DNA from: Ramlibacter sp.
GTDB lineage: Bacteria > Pseudomonadota > Gammaproteobacteria > Burkholderiales > Burkholderiaceae_C
Reading direction: 5' to 3'
Assembly: GCF_035627355.1 (NCBI RefSeq)
Contig: NZ_DASPLW010000040.1
Span: 20,712 to 84,711 of the forward strand
Length of the DNA: 64,000 nucleotides
Shown one piece after another: positions 1 to 10,321 of the stretch. The notes beneath the pieces are model-generated. The model did not search any database. It saw nothing but the letters and a program-made list of their open reading frames with translations, and was not told where the DNA came from. The stretch's first letter is position 1; the number at the start of each line of letters is the position of its first letter. Made by a program: the position numbers and the translations under genes.

Positions 1-1
1 G

Positions 2-433
2 CACCACGGCAACGGCACCGAGGACATCCTGGCCGGCGACCCGCGGGTGCTGATGGTGGGCATCTTCCAGCACCCGTTCTACCCGTACACCGGCGAGCCG
101 CCGGCGGCCGACAACATGGTCAACGTGCCGGTGCCGGCGTACACCCGCGGCATGGACGTGCGCGAGATGGTCGAGCTGCTGTGGATCCCGCGGCTGGAGC
201 AGTTCCGGCCGCAGATGATCTTCGTGAGCGCCGGCTTCGACGCCCACCGCGAGGACGAACTGGGCCAGCTCGGGCTGACCGAGAACGACTACGCCTGGAT
301 CACCCACCGGATCAAGCAGGTGGCCGACCGCTTCGCCGACGGCCGCATCGTGTCCGCCCTGGAAGGCGGCTACAACCTCGACGCCCTGGGCCGCAGCGTC
401 GAGGCGCATGTGCGAGTGCTGGCGGACCTGTGA
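2..433 (+). CDS. Histone deacetylase / acetoin-utilisation family protein, C-terminal part (5' end outside window)
   Basis: Frame is open from the window edge and begins HHGNGTEDI (HDAC-family active-site motif). It continues FVSAGFDAH...ALEGGYNL. Stop at 431-433. Confidence 0.8.
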   Translation, partial: HHGNGTEDILAGDPRVLMVGIFQHPFYPYTGEPPAADNMVNVPVPAYTRGMDVREMVELLWIPRLEQFRPQMIFVSAGFDAHREDELGQLGLTENDYAWITHRIKQVADRFADGRIVSALEGGYNLDALGRSVEAHVRVLADL

Positions 434-451
434 ACGACAAGGAGCATTGAG

Positions 452-1228
452 ATGGAGAACCCGCCGATCCTCGAGACGCGCGACGCCCGCGGCGTCGTCA
501 CCCTGACCCTGAACCGGCCCGGCAACTTCAACGCGCTGGGCGAGGAGATGCTGGGGGCGCTGCAGTCCGAACTGGACAAGCTGGCCGACGACGAGTCGGT
601 GCGGGTGGTGGTGATCGCCGCCGAGGGCAAGGCGTTCTGCCCCGGCCACAACCTGAAGGAAATGATCGCCCGGCCCGAGCTGGACTACTACCAGCAGCTG
701 TTCTCGCAGTGCAGCCGCGTGATGCTGTCCATCCAGAAGCTGCCGGTGCCGGTGATCGCCCGGGTGCACGGCATCGCCACGGCGGCCGGCTGCCAGCTGG
801 TCGCCCAGTGCGACCTGGCGGTGGCGTCCACCGACGCCAAGTTCGCCGTCAGCGGCGTCAACTTCGGCCTGTTCTGCTCCACGCCCAGCGTGCCGCTGCT
901 GCGCAACATCGCGCCCAAGCAGGCCATGGAGATGCTGGTCACGGGCGAGTTCATCGACGCCGAGCAGGCCAGGCAGCGCGGGCTGGTCAACCGGGCGGTG
1001 CCGCCCGAGCGACTGGACGAGGAGGTGGAATCGCTGGTCGCCAGCATCCTGGCCAAGCCGCGCAAGGCGCTGGCCATGGGCAAGGAGCTGTTCTACCGGC
1101 AGCGCGAGCTGGGCATCGAGGCGGCCTACCAGCTCGCCTCGCAGACCATGGCGGTGAACATGATGGACGGCTGCGCCCAGGAGGGCGTGACCGCCTTCAC
1201 CGAGAAACGCAAGCCGAAGTGGGCCTGA
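452..1228 (+). CDS. Enoyl-CoA hydratase/isomerase (crotonase) family protein
   Basis: 258 aa. Crotonase-like motifs: VVIAAEGKAFCPGHNL, ARVHGIATAAGCQL, EGVTAFTEKRKP. Confidence 0.85.
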   Translation: MENPPILETRDARGVVTLTLNRPGNFNALGEEMLGALQSELDKLADDESVRVVVIAAEGKAFCPGHNLKEMIARPELDYYQQLFSQCSRVMLSIQKLPVPVIARVHGIATAAGCQLVAQCDLAVASTDAKFAVSGVNFGLFCSTPSVPLLRNIAPKQAMEMLVTGEFIDAEQARQRGLVNRAVPPERLDEEVESLVASILAKPRKALAMGKELFYRQRELGIEAAYQLASQTMAVNMMDGCAQEGVTAFTEKRKPKWA

Positions 1229-1259
1229 GCCGGTCCTGCCCGCGGCGGGGGGCATCGGC

Positions 1260-2480
1260 GTGGTGACGCCGAACCCGCTGCGCCGGCTCATCCTGAGCCT
1301 GGACCATCCGGGCCTGCCGCTCGAGGCAGGCGTGCTGCTCGGCTGCCTGCTGGTGGCCGCCGGGCTCTCGTGGGCGGTCGGCCGCAGCCGCCGCGGCCGC
1401 TCGGTCTGGTTCGGCCGCGTCGTCGTGGACGGGCTGCTGTTCCCGTTGCTGGCGCTCGGGCTGGTGCTCAGCGCCCGCGCCGTCCTCGACGACTACCTGC
1501 CGCTGGTCCTGCTGCGGCTGGCGGTGCCGCTGCTGCTCTCGCTGGCCGGCATCCGCTTCATCGCCCGCGTGCTGACCGTCGCCTTCCCGCACTCCGGGCT
1601 GGCGCGGGTGGTCGAGCGCTGGTTCTCCTGGCTGGCCTGGCTGGCGGCGGCGCTGTGGGTGGCCGGCGTGCTGCCCGCCGTGCTGGCCGAGATGGATGCC
1701 GTCCAGTTCGCCTTCGGCAAGTCGCGCGTGAGCGTGCTGACGCTGATCGAGGGGCTGATGTGGGCCGGCGTGGTGCTGGTGGGCGCCTTGTGGGTCTCGG
1801 CGGTGCTGGAGCGGCAGGTGCTGCAGCCGGCCGTGCAGGACCTCTCGCTGCGCAAGGTGGCGGCCAACGCGATCCGCTCCGCCCTGCTGCTGCTGGCGCT
1901 GCTGTTCGCCTTGTCGGCCACCGGCATCGACCTGACGGCGCTGTCGGTGCTGGGTGGCGCGCTCGGCGTGGGCCTGGGCTTCGGGCTGCAGAAGCTGGCG
2001 TCCAACTACATCAGCGGCTTCGTGATCCTGTTCGAGCGCTCGCTGCGCATCGGCGACCTGGTCAAGGTGGACAACTTCGAGGGCCGGGTGCTGGACATCA
2101 AGACCCGCTACACCCGGATCCGGGCGGCCAACGGGCGCGAGGCCTTCGTCCCGAACGAGAAGCTGATCATCGAGCGCACCGAGAACCTGTCGAGCGCCGA
2201 CCCCAAGGTGCTGGTGACCACCGACGTGATCGTCATGGCCAACAGCGACGTGGAGGTGGTGCAACGGGTGCTGGTGGACGCGGCGCGCTCGGTGCCGCTG
2301 GTGATGTCGGAGCCGGCGCCGGCCGCCCGCCTGGGCCGCTTCCTGCCGCAGGGGCTGGAGTTCACGGTCCAGTTCTGGATCCCGGATGCCAGCACGCTGC
2401 AGCTGAACGTGCGCTCCGACGTGAACCTGGCCGTGCTCAGGGGCCTGCGCGCGGCGGGCGTCGAGCTGGCCCGCGCCTAG
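1260..2480 (+). CDS. Mechanosensitive ion channel (MscS) family protein
   Basis: Several N-terminal TM helices, then the MscS core (GLQKLASNYISGFVILFERSLRIGDLVKV...GRVLDIKTRYTRIR). GTG start is uncertain. Confidence 0.8.
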   Translation: MVTPNPLRRLILSLDHPGLPLEAGVLLGCLLVAAGLSWAVGRSRRGRSVWFGRVVVDGLLFPLLALGLVLSARAVLDDYLPLVLLRLAVPLLLSLAGIRFIARVLTVAFPHSGLARVVERWFSWLAWLAAALWVAGVLPAVLAEMDAVQFAFGKSRVSVLTLIEGLMWAGVVLVGALWVSAVLERQVLQPAVQDLSLRKVAANAIRSALLLLALLFALSATGIDLTALSVLGGALGVGLGFGLQKLASNYISGFVILFERSLRIGDLVKVDNFEGRVLDIKTRYTRIRAANGREAFVPNEKLIIERTENLSSADPKVLVTTDVIVMANSDVEVVQRVLVDAARSVPLVMSEPAPAARLGRFLPQGLEFTVQFWIPDASTLQLNVRSDVNLAVLRGLRAAGVELARA

Positions 2481-2489
2481 CGGCCGGAA

Positions 2490-2509
2490 CGGCCCCGGCG
2501 GCGGGGCCG
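2490..2509. terminator. GC-rich 8-bp hairpin between convergent genes (possible bidirectional terminator)
   Basis: cggccccg-gcgg-cggggccg lies between the MscS stop (2480) and the TRAP permease stop (2512). No clear U-tract. Confidence 0.35.
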
Positions 2510-2511
2510 CG

Positions 2512-3804
2512 TCACTTCATCAGCGACGGCAGCCACAGGCTCAGCTGCGGGAAGGCGATCAGCACGCCCAGCATCAGCACCATCACGGCCACGAAGGGCC
2601 AGCAGCCCCGGAAGATGGTGGGCAGGCCGACGCCCGGCAGCAGCGCGTTGAGCACGAACAGGTTCATGCCCACCGGCGGCGAGATCAGCCCGATCTGCAC
2701 CACCATCACGATCAGCACGCCGAACCAGATCGGGTCGAAGCCGAGGCTGGTGACGATGGGGAAGAACAGCGGGATGGTCAGCAGCACCATCGTCAGTTCC
2801 TCCATCACCGTGCCCAGCAGCACGTAGATGCCCATCATGGCCACCACGATCATGGTGGGCGACAGGCCCAGGTGGGTGATCCAGTCGCGCAGGTCGCCCG
2901 GCATGGTCGTGAAGTTCACGAAGTTGGCGAAGATGGTGGCGGCGATCAGCAGCGTGAACAGCATGGCCGTGGTGCGGGCCGATTCCACCAGCACCTGGTA
3001 GAGCACCGACCAGGTCAGCCGGCCGCGCAGCAGGGCGAACAGGAAGGCGCCGAAGGCACCGAAGCCCGCCCCTTCGGTGGCGGTGAAGAAGCCGCCGTAG
3101 ATGCCCCCCAGCACGACCACCACCAGCACCGCCACGCCCCAGATGCCGCGCACCGCGTGCCAGCGCTCGGGCCAGCTCGCCCGCTCGCCCGGCGGGGCGT
3201 GTTCGGGGTCGCGCGCCGTGATCACCGACACGGCCGCCATCAGCGCCAGCGCCGTCAGCAGGCCCGGAATCGCGCCGGCCGCGAACAGCTTGCCGATGTT
3301 GGACTGCGTGATGATCCCGTAGATGACCAGGATGGTGGAGGGCGGCACCATGATGCCCAGCGTGCCGCCGGAGGCCATCACGCCGGTGGACAGCGCCTCG
3401 CTGTAGCCCAGCTTGCGCATGGACGGGTAGGCCACCTTGCTCATGGTGGCCGCCGTGGCGATGGACGAGCCGCAGATCGCCCCGAAGCCGGCGCAGGCCG
3501 CGATGGTGGCGTGGGCCAGCCCGCCGCGCACGTGGCCGATGAAGGAGTAGGCCGCCTGGAACAGCTCGTGCGCCAGGCCGGCGCGGGCGACGAAGTTGCC
3601 CATCAGGATGAACAGCGGCACCACCGACAGGGTGTAGGCGAAGCCGGTCTCGTACACGGCCTGCGAGGTGCTGGCCATGGCGGGAATCCAGCCGCGCGTG
3701 AGCCCGATGCCGGCGAAGCCGACGATGCCCATGGCGAAGGCCAGCGGCACCCGCATGAGGGCGAACGCGAAGATGGCGCCGAATCCGAGCAGGGCCTCCG
3801 TCAC
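2512..3804 (-). CDS. TRAP transporter large permease (DctM family)
   Basis: The track ORF is N-terminally over-extended. The GTG at 3804 overlaps the upstream gene's TGA (GTGA). The 430-aa polytopic membrane protein starts VTEALLGFGAIFAFALMRVPLAFAMG, typical of DctM. Confidence 0.9.
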   Translation of the reverse strand: MTEALLGFGAIFAFALMRVPLAFAMGIVGFAGIGLTRGWIPAMASTSQAVYETGFAYTLSVVPLFILMGNFVARAGLAHELFQAAYSFIGHVRGGLAHATIAACAGFGAICGSSIATAATMSKVAYPSMRKLGYSEALSTGVMASGGTLGIMVPPSTILVIYGIITQSNIGKLFAAGAIPGLLTALALMAAVSVITARDPEHAPPGERASWPERWHAVRGIWGVAVLVVVVLGGIYGGFFTATEGAGFGAFGAFLFALLRGRLTWSVLYQVLVESARTTAMLFTLLIAATIFANFVNFTTMPGDLRDWITHLGLSPTMIVVAMMGIYVLLGTVMEELTMVLLTIPLFFPIVTSLGFDPIWFGVLIVMVVQIGLISPPVGMNLFVLNALLPGVGLPTIFRGCWPFVAVMVLMLGVLIAFPQLSLWLPSLMK

Positions 3805-4286
3805 AGCGCAGTCCCCTCGCCCTCGGCGCGATCGACCGGCTTCTGGCCCAGCAGCCACAGGTGGATGGCGCCGGTGAGCGCGCACAGCACGCCCATGCCG
3901 TAGATGAAGGGCGCCTTCAGGATCTCCAGCTGGGCGGTGGTCTCGCCGCTGGCCAGGAACTGGCGCCCGGTGTCCCACATCAGCCAGCCGAGGGCGAACA
4001 GCACGACGGCGCACAGCAGGTGGACCACCACGGCCTGGGCCCGGCGCAGCCAGCCGGGTAGGTAGGGATCGAGCGAGTCGAACTCGACGTGCTCGCCGCG
4101 CGCGGACACCAGCGGCAGCGCACTGAAGATCACCACCACCATCATCAGCTCGGTCAGCTCGAGCGAACCGGTGATGGAGTTGCTCAGGAACTTGCGCCCG
4201 AGCACGTCGAAGAAGGTGAGCGCCATGATGGCGAACAGCGCCGCGGCGGACAGCAGTCCGCACAGCAGCTCCAGGGTTTTTTTCAT
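3801..4286 (-). CDS. TRAP transporter small permease (DctQ family)
   Basis: Start MKKTLELLCGLLSAAALFAIMALTFFDVLGRKF. Four TM helices. 4-nt overlap with the large permease. Confidence 0.85.
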   Translation of the reverse strand: MKKTLELLCGLLSAAALFAIMALTFFDVLGRKFLSNSITGSLELTELMMVVVIFSALPLVSARGEHVEFDSLDPYLPGWLRRAQAVVVHLLCAVVLFALGWLMWDTGRQFLASGETTAQLEILKAPFIYGMGVLCALTGAIHLWLLGQKPVDRAEGEGTAL

Positions 4287-4335
4287 GCTGAGTATTCCGT
4301 CAGGCGCGCCGGACCTTCCGCGCGCCCCCATGTGC

Positions 4336-4370
4336 GAAGGCGGCACCTCCGGGCAGAGGGTGCCGCCTTC
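4336..4370 (-). promoter_or_regulatory. Intercistronic 12-bp perfect stem-loop after the TRAP binding-protein gene
   Basis: gaaggcggcacc-N11-ggtgccgccttc between the SBP stop (4388) and the dctQ-like start (4286). A second 7-bp GC hairpin lies at about 4303-4326. Confidence 0.5.
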
Positions 4371-4387
4371 CGTTCAAGCAGGCCGCC

Positions 4388-5404
4388 CTACTTGGCTGCC
4401 TTGGCGATCTCGGCGCGGAACTCGGCCAGCACCTTGGCCGCGTCCTTCAGGCCCCTGGCCTCGGCTTCCTTGGCCCACTTCTCCTCCAGCTTGGAGGTAT
4501 GGGATTTGACATCGGCGATGAACTTGGCGTCGGCCTTCGTGAACTGCACGCCGTTGGCCTTCATGTTCTCCAGCGCCTTGTTGTCCACCTTGTCCCAGCC
4601 GCGGCCGAAGATGCGGGCGGCGACCTCGCCGGAGGCGTCGTCGACGGCCTTCTTCTCCTCGGGGCTGAGCTTCTTGTACTTGTCCTCGTTCATCATGAAC
4701 ACGAAGCTGGTGTTGTACAGGCCGCCGGGGAAGGTGGTGGCGTACTTGATCAGCTTGTCGAGCTTGAACGAGTCGACCGACTCGGCCGGGAACAGCGTGC
4801 CGTCCATCACGCCGCCGGACAGCAGCTCGTAGGACTCGGGTGCCGGCTTGAGCGTGACGTTCATGCCCAGCGTCTTGGAGATCTCGTTGACCATGCCGCC
4901 GCCCACGCGCCACTTCAGGCCCTGCAGGTCCTCCAGCTTGGTCACCGGCTTCTTGGTGTTGAGCACCATGCCGGGGCCGTGCGTGAAGTAGGTCAGCACG
5001 TGCACGCCGGCGTGCTCCTTGGCGAACTCGGGGTGCTTGGAGGCGACCCGGTTGAAGGCCACCGACAGCGGCTCGGCGCTGTCGCCCAGGAACGGGAACT
5101 CGGCCATCTGCGTCAGCACGAAGCGCCCCGGGGTGTAGCCGTGCACGGTGAAGGAGACGTCGGCCAGGCCGTTCTTGATGGCATCGATGGTGCCGGGGGG
5201 CGCGGCGACGCCGCGCGGCAGCTGGTTGCACTTGATCTTGCCGGCGGAGTTCTTCGCGACCAGGTCGCACCACTCCTTCTGCGCGAGGGTCAGCGCATGG
5301 GTGGGCGGCACCCAGCTGGACAGGGTGAGCACCGTCTGGGCGGCGGCGGGGGCACTGGCAAATGCGGCGGCCATGGCGGCGGCCGTGAGCGACAGGCGTT
5401 TCAT
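4388..5404 (-). CDS. TRAP transporter substrate-binding protein (DctP family)
   Basis: Start MKRLSLTAAAMAAAFASAPAAAQT (signal peptide). DctP-like body. First gene of a P-Q-M operon. Confidence 0.9.
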   Translation of the reverse strand: MKRLSLTAAAMAAAFASAPAAAQTVLTLSSWVPPTHALTLAQKEWCDLVAKNSAGKIKCNQLPRGVAAPPGTIDAIKNGLADVSFTVHGYTPGRFVLTQMAEFPFLGDSAEPLSVAFNRVASKHPEFAKEHAGVHVLTYFTHGPGMVLNTKKPVTKLEDLQGLKWRVGGGMVNEISKTLGMNVTLKPAPESYELLSGGVMDGTLFPAESVDSFKLDKLIKYATTFPGGLYNTSFVFMMNEDKYKKLSPEEKKAVDDASGEVAARIFGRGWDKVDNKALENMKANGVQFTKADAKFIADVKSHTSKLEEKWAKEAEARGLKDAAKVLAEFRAEIAKAAK

Positions 5405-5679
5405 CTTGCGGAGCTCCTTGGATGGCAGTCGGCGCACTGTAAGGCGACAGTTGACATATGTCGGTCCTGAATTACCCGAACTGCTGCAGAGCAGCGGCGC
5501 GCGAATTGTCGTGACGACGACAGGGATTCGACGCGAGCGATGCGACCGTTGCCGGCCTGCATGGGTCCCTATAATCAAAAGCGAACGACCGTTCTTTTTT
5601 GCCCCGGATCGATGCCGCAGTGCGTCATAGAATTTTGGGCTTTACGTCAACGTCAATTCTTCCCTTTAGGAGCCCCCTG

Positions 5680-6429
5680 ATGAAGGTTCTCGTCCCGGTC
5701 AAGCGGGTGGTGGACTACAACGTGAAAGTCCGTGTCAAGTCGGACAACACGGGTGTGGACATCGCCAATGTGAAGATGAGCATGAACCCGTTCGACGAGA
5801 TCGCGGTGGAGGAGGCGGTGCGCCTGAAGGAAAAGGGCGTGGCCACCGAGGTCATCGCCGTGTCCTGCGGCGTGCAGCAGTGCCAGGAAACCCTGCGCAC
5901 GGCCATGGCGATCGGCGCCGATCGCGCGATCCTGGTGCAGACCGACGAGGAACTGCAGCCGCTGGCGGTGGCCAAGCTGCTGAAGGCGCTGGTCGACAAG
6001 GAGCAGCCCGGGCTGGTGATCCTGGGCAAGCAGGCGATCGACGACGACGCCAACCAGACCGGCCAGATGCTGGCCGCGCTGGCCGACCTGCCGCAGGCGA
6101 CCTTCGCCAGCAAGGTCGAGGTGGCCGACGGCAAGGCCCAGGTCACGCGCGAAGTGGACGGCGGCCTGGAGACGGTGGCCATCACGCTGCCGGCGGTGGT
6201 CACCACCGACCTGCGCCTCAACGAGCCGCGCTACGTGACGCTGCCCAACATCATGAAGGCCAAGAAGAAGCCGCTCAAGACGGTGTCGCCGGCCGACCTG
6301 GGCGTGGACGTCGCGCCGCGCCTGAAGACGCTCAAGGTCATGGAGCCGCCCAAGCGCTCGGCCGGCCAGAAGGTGCCGGACGTGGCGACGCTGGTGGAGA
6401 AGCTGAAGAACGAGGCGAAGGTGATCTGA
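5680..6429 (+). CDS. etfB: Electron transfer flavoprotein subunit beta
   Basis: [20 protein letters not shown]... is a canonical EtfB N-terminus. AGGAG lies 7 nt upstream of the ATG. etfA follows. Confidence 0.9.
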   Translation: MKVLVPVKRVVDYNVKVRVKSDNTGVDIANVKMSMNPFDEIAVEEAVRLKEKGVATEVIAVSCGVQQCQETLRTAMAIGADRAILVQTDEELQPLAVAKLLKALVDKEQPGLVILGKQAIDDDANQTGQMLAALADLPQATFASKVEVADGKAQVTREVDGGLETVAITLPAVVTTDLRLNEPRYVTLPNIMKAKKKPLKTVSPADLGVDVAPRLKTLKVMEPPKRSAGQKVPDVATLVEKLKNEAKVI

Positions 6430-6468
6430 CCGCCCTCGCGGAATGACCGAAATTCAAGGACCCCATTC

Positions 6469-7401
6469 ATGACCTCCCTCGTCATCGCAGAACACGACAA
6501 CGCGTCCATCAAGGCCGCCACCCTCAACACCGTCACTGCGGCTGCGGCCTGTGGCGGCGACGTGCACGTGCTGGTCGCCGGCCACAACGCGGCCGAAGCG
6601 GCCAAGGCCGCCGCGCAGATCGCCGGCGTGGCCAAGGTGCTGCACGCCGACGGCGAACAGCTGGCGCACGGCCTGGCCGAGAACCTGGCTGCCCAGGTGC
6701 TGGCGATCGCCAAGGACTACAGCCACATCCTGTTCCCGGCCACCGCCAGCGGCAAGAACACCGCGCCGCGCGTGGCGGCCAGGCTGGACGTGGCGCAGGT
6801 CAGCGACATCAGCCGCGTCGACAGTCCCGACACCTTCGAGCGCCCGATCTACGCCGGCAACGCGATCGCCATCGTGCAGAGCGCCGACCCGGTGAAGGTG
6901 ATCACGGTGCGCACCACCGGCTTCGACGCCGCGCCGGCCACCGGCGGCAGCGCCGCGGTGGAGAGCGTGGCGGCCGTGGGCGACAGCGGCAAGAGCAGCT
7001 TCGTCGGCCAGGAGATCGCCAAGAGCGACCGGCCCGAGCTGACCGCCGCCAAGATCATCGTCTCGGGCGGTCGCGCGCTGGGCTCGTCCGAGAAGTTCAA
7101 CGAGGTGATCACGCCGCTGGCCGACAAGCTGGGCGCCGCCATCGGCGCTTCGCGCGCCGCGGTGGACGCCGGCTACGCGCCCAACGACCTGCAGGTCGGC
7201 CAGACCGGCAAGATCGTCGCGCCGCAGCTGTACATCGCCGCCGGCATCAGCGGCGCCATCCAGCACCTGGCCGGCATGAAGGATTCCAAGGTGATCGTCG
7301 CGATCAACAAGGACCCCGAGGCGCCGATCTTCAGCGTGGCCGATTACGGGCTGGAAGCCGACCTGTTCCAGGCGGTGCCGGAGCTGGTGAAGGCGCTGTA
7401 A
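6469..7401 (+). CDS. etfA: Electron transfer flavoprotein subunit alpha
   Basis: C-terminal FAD-binding motif ([40 protein letters not shown]). Confidence 0.9.
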   Translation: MTSLVIAEHDNASIKAATLNTVTAAAACGGDVHVLVAGHNAAEAAKAAAQIAGVAKVLHADGEQLAHGLAENLAAQVLAIAKDYSHILFPATASGKNTAPRVAARLDVAQVSDISRVDSPDTFERPIYAGNAIAIVQSADPVKVITVRTTGFDAAPATGGSAAVESVAAVGDSGKSSFVGQEIAKSDRPELTAAKIIVSGGRALGSSEKFNEVITPLADKLGAAIGASRAAVDAGYAPNDLQVGQTGKIVAPQLYIAAGISGAIQHLAGMKDSKVIVAINKDPEAPIFSVADYGLEADLFQAVPELVKAL

Positions 7402-7412
7402 GGAGTCCTGCC

Positions 7413-9203
7413 ATGACCTACCGCGCACCCCTCAAGGACATGCTGTTCGACATCCGCCACCTGGCGCGGATCGACGAGATCGCGAAGCTGCCCGGCTTCG
7501 AGGAAGCCGGCTTCGACACCGCGCAGGCCGTGCTGGAGGAATGCGCGAGGTTCAACCAGGAAGTGGTCGCGCCGCTGAACGTGCCCGGCGACCTGGATCC
7601 CTCGAGCTGGAAGGACGGCCGGGTCAGCACCACCCCGGGCTTCAGCGAGGCCTACCGCCAGTACACCGAAGCGGGCTGGCAGGGGCTGCAGCACCCGGGC
7701 GATTTCGGCGGCCAGGGCCTGCCCAAGACCGTGGGCGCTGCGTGCAGCGAGATGCTCAACTCAGCCAACCTGAGCTTCGCGCTGTGCCCGCTGCTGACCG
7801 ACGGCGCCATCGAGGCGCTGCTGACCGCCGGCTCGGACGAGCTGAAGGCGACCTTCCTGGGCAAGCTGGTGAGCGGCGAATGGACCGGCACCATGAACCT
7901 GACCGAGCCGCAGGCCGGCAGCGACCTGGCGCTGGTGCGCAGCCGCGCCGAGCCGCAGGCCGACGGCACCTACAAGGTCTTCGGCACCAAGATCTTCATC
8001 ACCTACGGCGAGCACGACATGGCGGACAACATCGTCCACCTGGTGCTCGCGCGCGTGGCCGGTGCGCCCGAGGGCGTCAAGGGCATCAGCCTGTTCGTGG
8101 TGCCCAAGTACCTGGTCAATCCCGACGGCTCGCTGGGCGCGCGCAACGACGTGCACTGCGTCAGCATCGAGCACAAGCTGGGCATCAAGGCCTCGCCCAC
8201 GGCGGTGCTGCAGTACGGCGACAACGGGGGGGCCATCGGCTACCTCGTGGGCCAGGAGAACCGCGGCCTCGAGTACATGTTCATCATGATGAACGCGGCC
8301 CGCTACGCCGTCGGCGTGCAGGGCATCGCGGTGGCCGAGCGCGCCTACCAGAAGGCGGCGGAGTACGCCCGGGACCGCGTGCAGTCGCGCCCGGTGGACG
8401 GTTCGATCAACGCCAGCGCGCCCATCGTGCACCACCCGGACGTGCGCCGCATGCTGATGACCATGCGCGCGCTCACCGAGGGTTGCCGCGCGATGGCCTC
8501 GGTGGCCGCGGCGGCCTACGACGCCGCCCACCACCATCCGGACGCCGAGGTGCGGCGGCAGAACCAGGCCTTCTACGAATTCATGGTGCCGCTGGTCAAG
8601 GGTTTCAGCACCGAGATGAGCCTGGAGGTCACCTCACTGGGCGTGCAGGTGCACGGCGGCATGGGTTTCATCGAGGAGACCGGCGCCGCCCAGTACTACC
8701 GCGACGCCCGCATCCTGCCGATCTACGAAGGCACGACCGCGATCCAGGCCAACGACCTGGTCGGCCGCAAGACGGCGCGTGACGGCGGGCAGGTGGCCAA
8801 GGCCATCGCGGCGCAGATCGAGCAGACCGAGGGCGAGCTGGCCAGGCGCGAATCGGCCGCCGCGAAGGCGGTGCTGCGCCGGCTGTCGGCCGCGCGCAAG
8901 GCCTTCGTCGAGGTCGTCGACTTCATCGCCCGCGAGACCCGCGGCAACCCGAACGCGGCGTTCGCCGGCTCGGTGCCCTACCTGCTGATGGCCGGCAACC
9001 TGGTGGCCGGCTGGCAGCTGGCGCGCTCGCTGATGGTGGCCGAGGACCTGGCCGCCCGCGGCGAGGATCCCGCCTTCATGCAGGCCAAGATCGCCACCGC
9101 GCGCTTCTACGCCGAGCACATCCTGCCGCGCGTGCCCGCCGCGCGCGACGCCATCGTCGAAGGCGCGGAGAGCGTGATGGCGATGGCGGTGGATGCGTTC
9201 TGA
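7413..9203 (+). CDS. Acyl-CoA dehydrogenase (long, FadE-like, with C-terminal extension)
   Basis: 596 aa. ACAD motifs (TEPQAGSDL, KIFITYGEHD, HGGMGFIEETGAAQYYRDARILPIYEGTTAIQ). Located directly after etfBA. Confidence 0.9.
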   Translation: MTYRAPLKDMLFDIRHLARIDEIAKLPGFEEAGFDTAQAVLEECARFNQEVVAPLNVPGDLDPSSWKDGRVSTTPGFSEAYRQYTEAGWQGLQHPGDFGGQGLPKTVGAACSEMLNSANLSFALCPLLTDGAIEALLTAGSDELKATFLGKLVSGEWTGTMNLTEPQAGSDLALVRSRAEPQADGTYKVFGTKIFITYGEHDMADNIVHLVLARVAGAPEGVKGISLFVVPKYLVNPDGSLGARNDVHCVSIEHKLGIKASPTAVLQYGDNGGAIGYLVGQENRGLEYMFIMMNAARYAVGVQGIAVAERAYQKAAEYARDRVQSRPVDGSINASAPIVHHPDVRRMLMTMRALTEGCRAMASVAAAAYDAAHHHPDAEVRRQNQAFYEFMVPLVKGFSTEMSLEVTSLGVQVHGGMGFIEETGAAQYYRDARILPIYEGTTAIQANDLVGRKTARDGGQVAKAIAAQIEQTEGELARRESAAAKAVLRRLSAARKAFVEVVDFIARETRGNPNAAFAGSVPYLLMAGNLVAGWQLARSLMVAEDLAARGEDPAFMQAKIATARFYAEHILPRVPAARDAIVEGAESVMAMAVDAF

Positions 9204-9304
9204 CGACATCCTGTCGCCCCCGAGACCGGGCTGAGCCTTCGAAGCCCTGAACCCCGCCGCGCGCCTTCGAACGAGCTCAGCGCGACGGCCCTGACGGAGA
9301 TCGC

Positions 9305-10264
9305 ATGTCCAGACTGCCCCGCGCCCTTCAAGGCCTTGCGTTGCCGGTGATCGGCTCGCCGCTGTTCATCATCAGCAACCCGAAGCTCGTCATCGAGCAG
9401 TGCAAGGCGGGGATCGTCGGCGCCATGCCGGCGCTCAACGCGCGGCCGGCGTCGCAGCTGGACGAGTGGCTGCACGAGATCACCGAGACGCTGGGGGCGT
9501 GGAACCGCCAGCACCCGGACCGGCCGGCGGCCCCGTTCGCCATCAACCAGATCGTGCACAAGAGCAACGACCGGCTCGAGCACGACATGGAGATGGTGGT
9601 CAAGCACAAGGTGCCGGTGATCATCACCTCGCTGGGCGCGCGCACCGACGTCAACGACGCCATCCACGGCTACGGCGGCGTCGTGCTGCACGACGTGATC
9701 AACAACACCTTCGCGCGCAAGGCGGTGGAGAAGGGCGCCGACGGCCTGATCGCGGTGGCGGCGGGCGCCGGCGGCCATGCGGGCGTGAAGAGCCCGTTCG
9801 CGCTGGTGCAGGAGATCCGCGAATGGTTCGACGGCCCGCTGGCGCTGTCCGGCGCCATCGCCAACGGCGGTGCCGTGCTGGCGGCCCAGGCCATGGGCGC
9901 CGACTTCGCCTACATCGGCTCGGCCTTCATCGCCACCCACGAGGCGCGCGCGTCGGACGCCTACAAGCAGGCCATCGTCGACTGCACCAGCGACGACATC
10001 GTCTACTCCAGCCTGTTCACGGGCGTGCACGGCAACTACCTCAAGCCCTCGATCCGCAACGCCGGCCTCGACCCGGACAACCTGCCCGAGAGCGACCCCA
10101 GCAAGATGAACTTCGGCGGCGGCGAGAGCGCCAAGAAAGCCTGGAAGGACATCTGGGGCTGCGGCCAGGGCATCGGCGCAGTGCACGAGGTGAGCAGCGC
10201 CGCGGACTTCATTGCCAGGCTCAAGCGGGAGTACGCCGAGGCCCGGCAGCGCCTCTGCGCCTGA
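9305..10264 (+). CDS. Nitronate monooxygenase (NMO / 2-nitropropane dioxygenase) family protein
   Basis: TIM-barrel FMN motifs (GADGLIAVAAGAGGHAG, ALSGAIANGGAVLAAQAMGADFAYIGSAFIAT). Confidence 0.8.
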   Translation: MSRLPRALQGLALPVIGSPLFIISNPKLVIEQCKAGIVGAMPALNARPASQLDEWLHEITETLGAWNRQHPDRPAAPFAINQIVHKSNDRLEHDMEMVVKHKVPVIITSLGARTDVNDAIHGYGGVVLHDVINNTFARKAVEKGADGLIAVAAGAGGHAGVKSPFALVQEIREWFDGPLALSGAIANGGAVLAAQAMGADFAYIGSAFIATHEARASDAYKQAIVDCTSDDIVYSSLFTGVHGNYLKPSIRNAGLDPDNLPESDPSKMNFGGGESAKKAWKDIWGCGQGIGAVHEVSSAADFIARLKREYAEARQRLCA

Positions 10265-10321
10265 GCCCTTCTTTTCCGGCCCGCGTGCAGGGCGGCCGAT
10301 CCTGTATGAAAATACAGTGTC

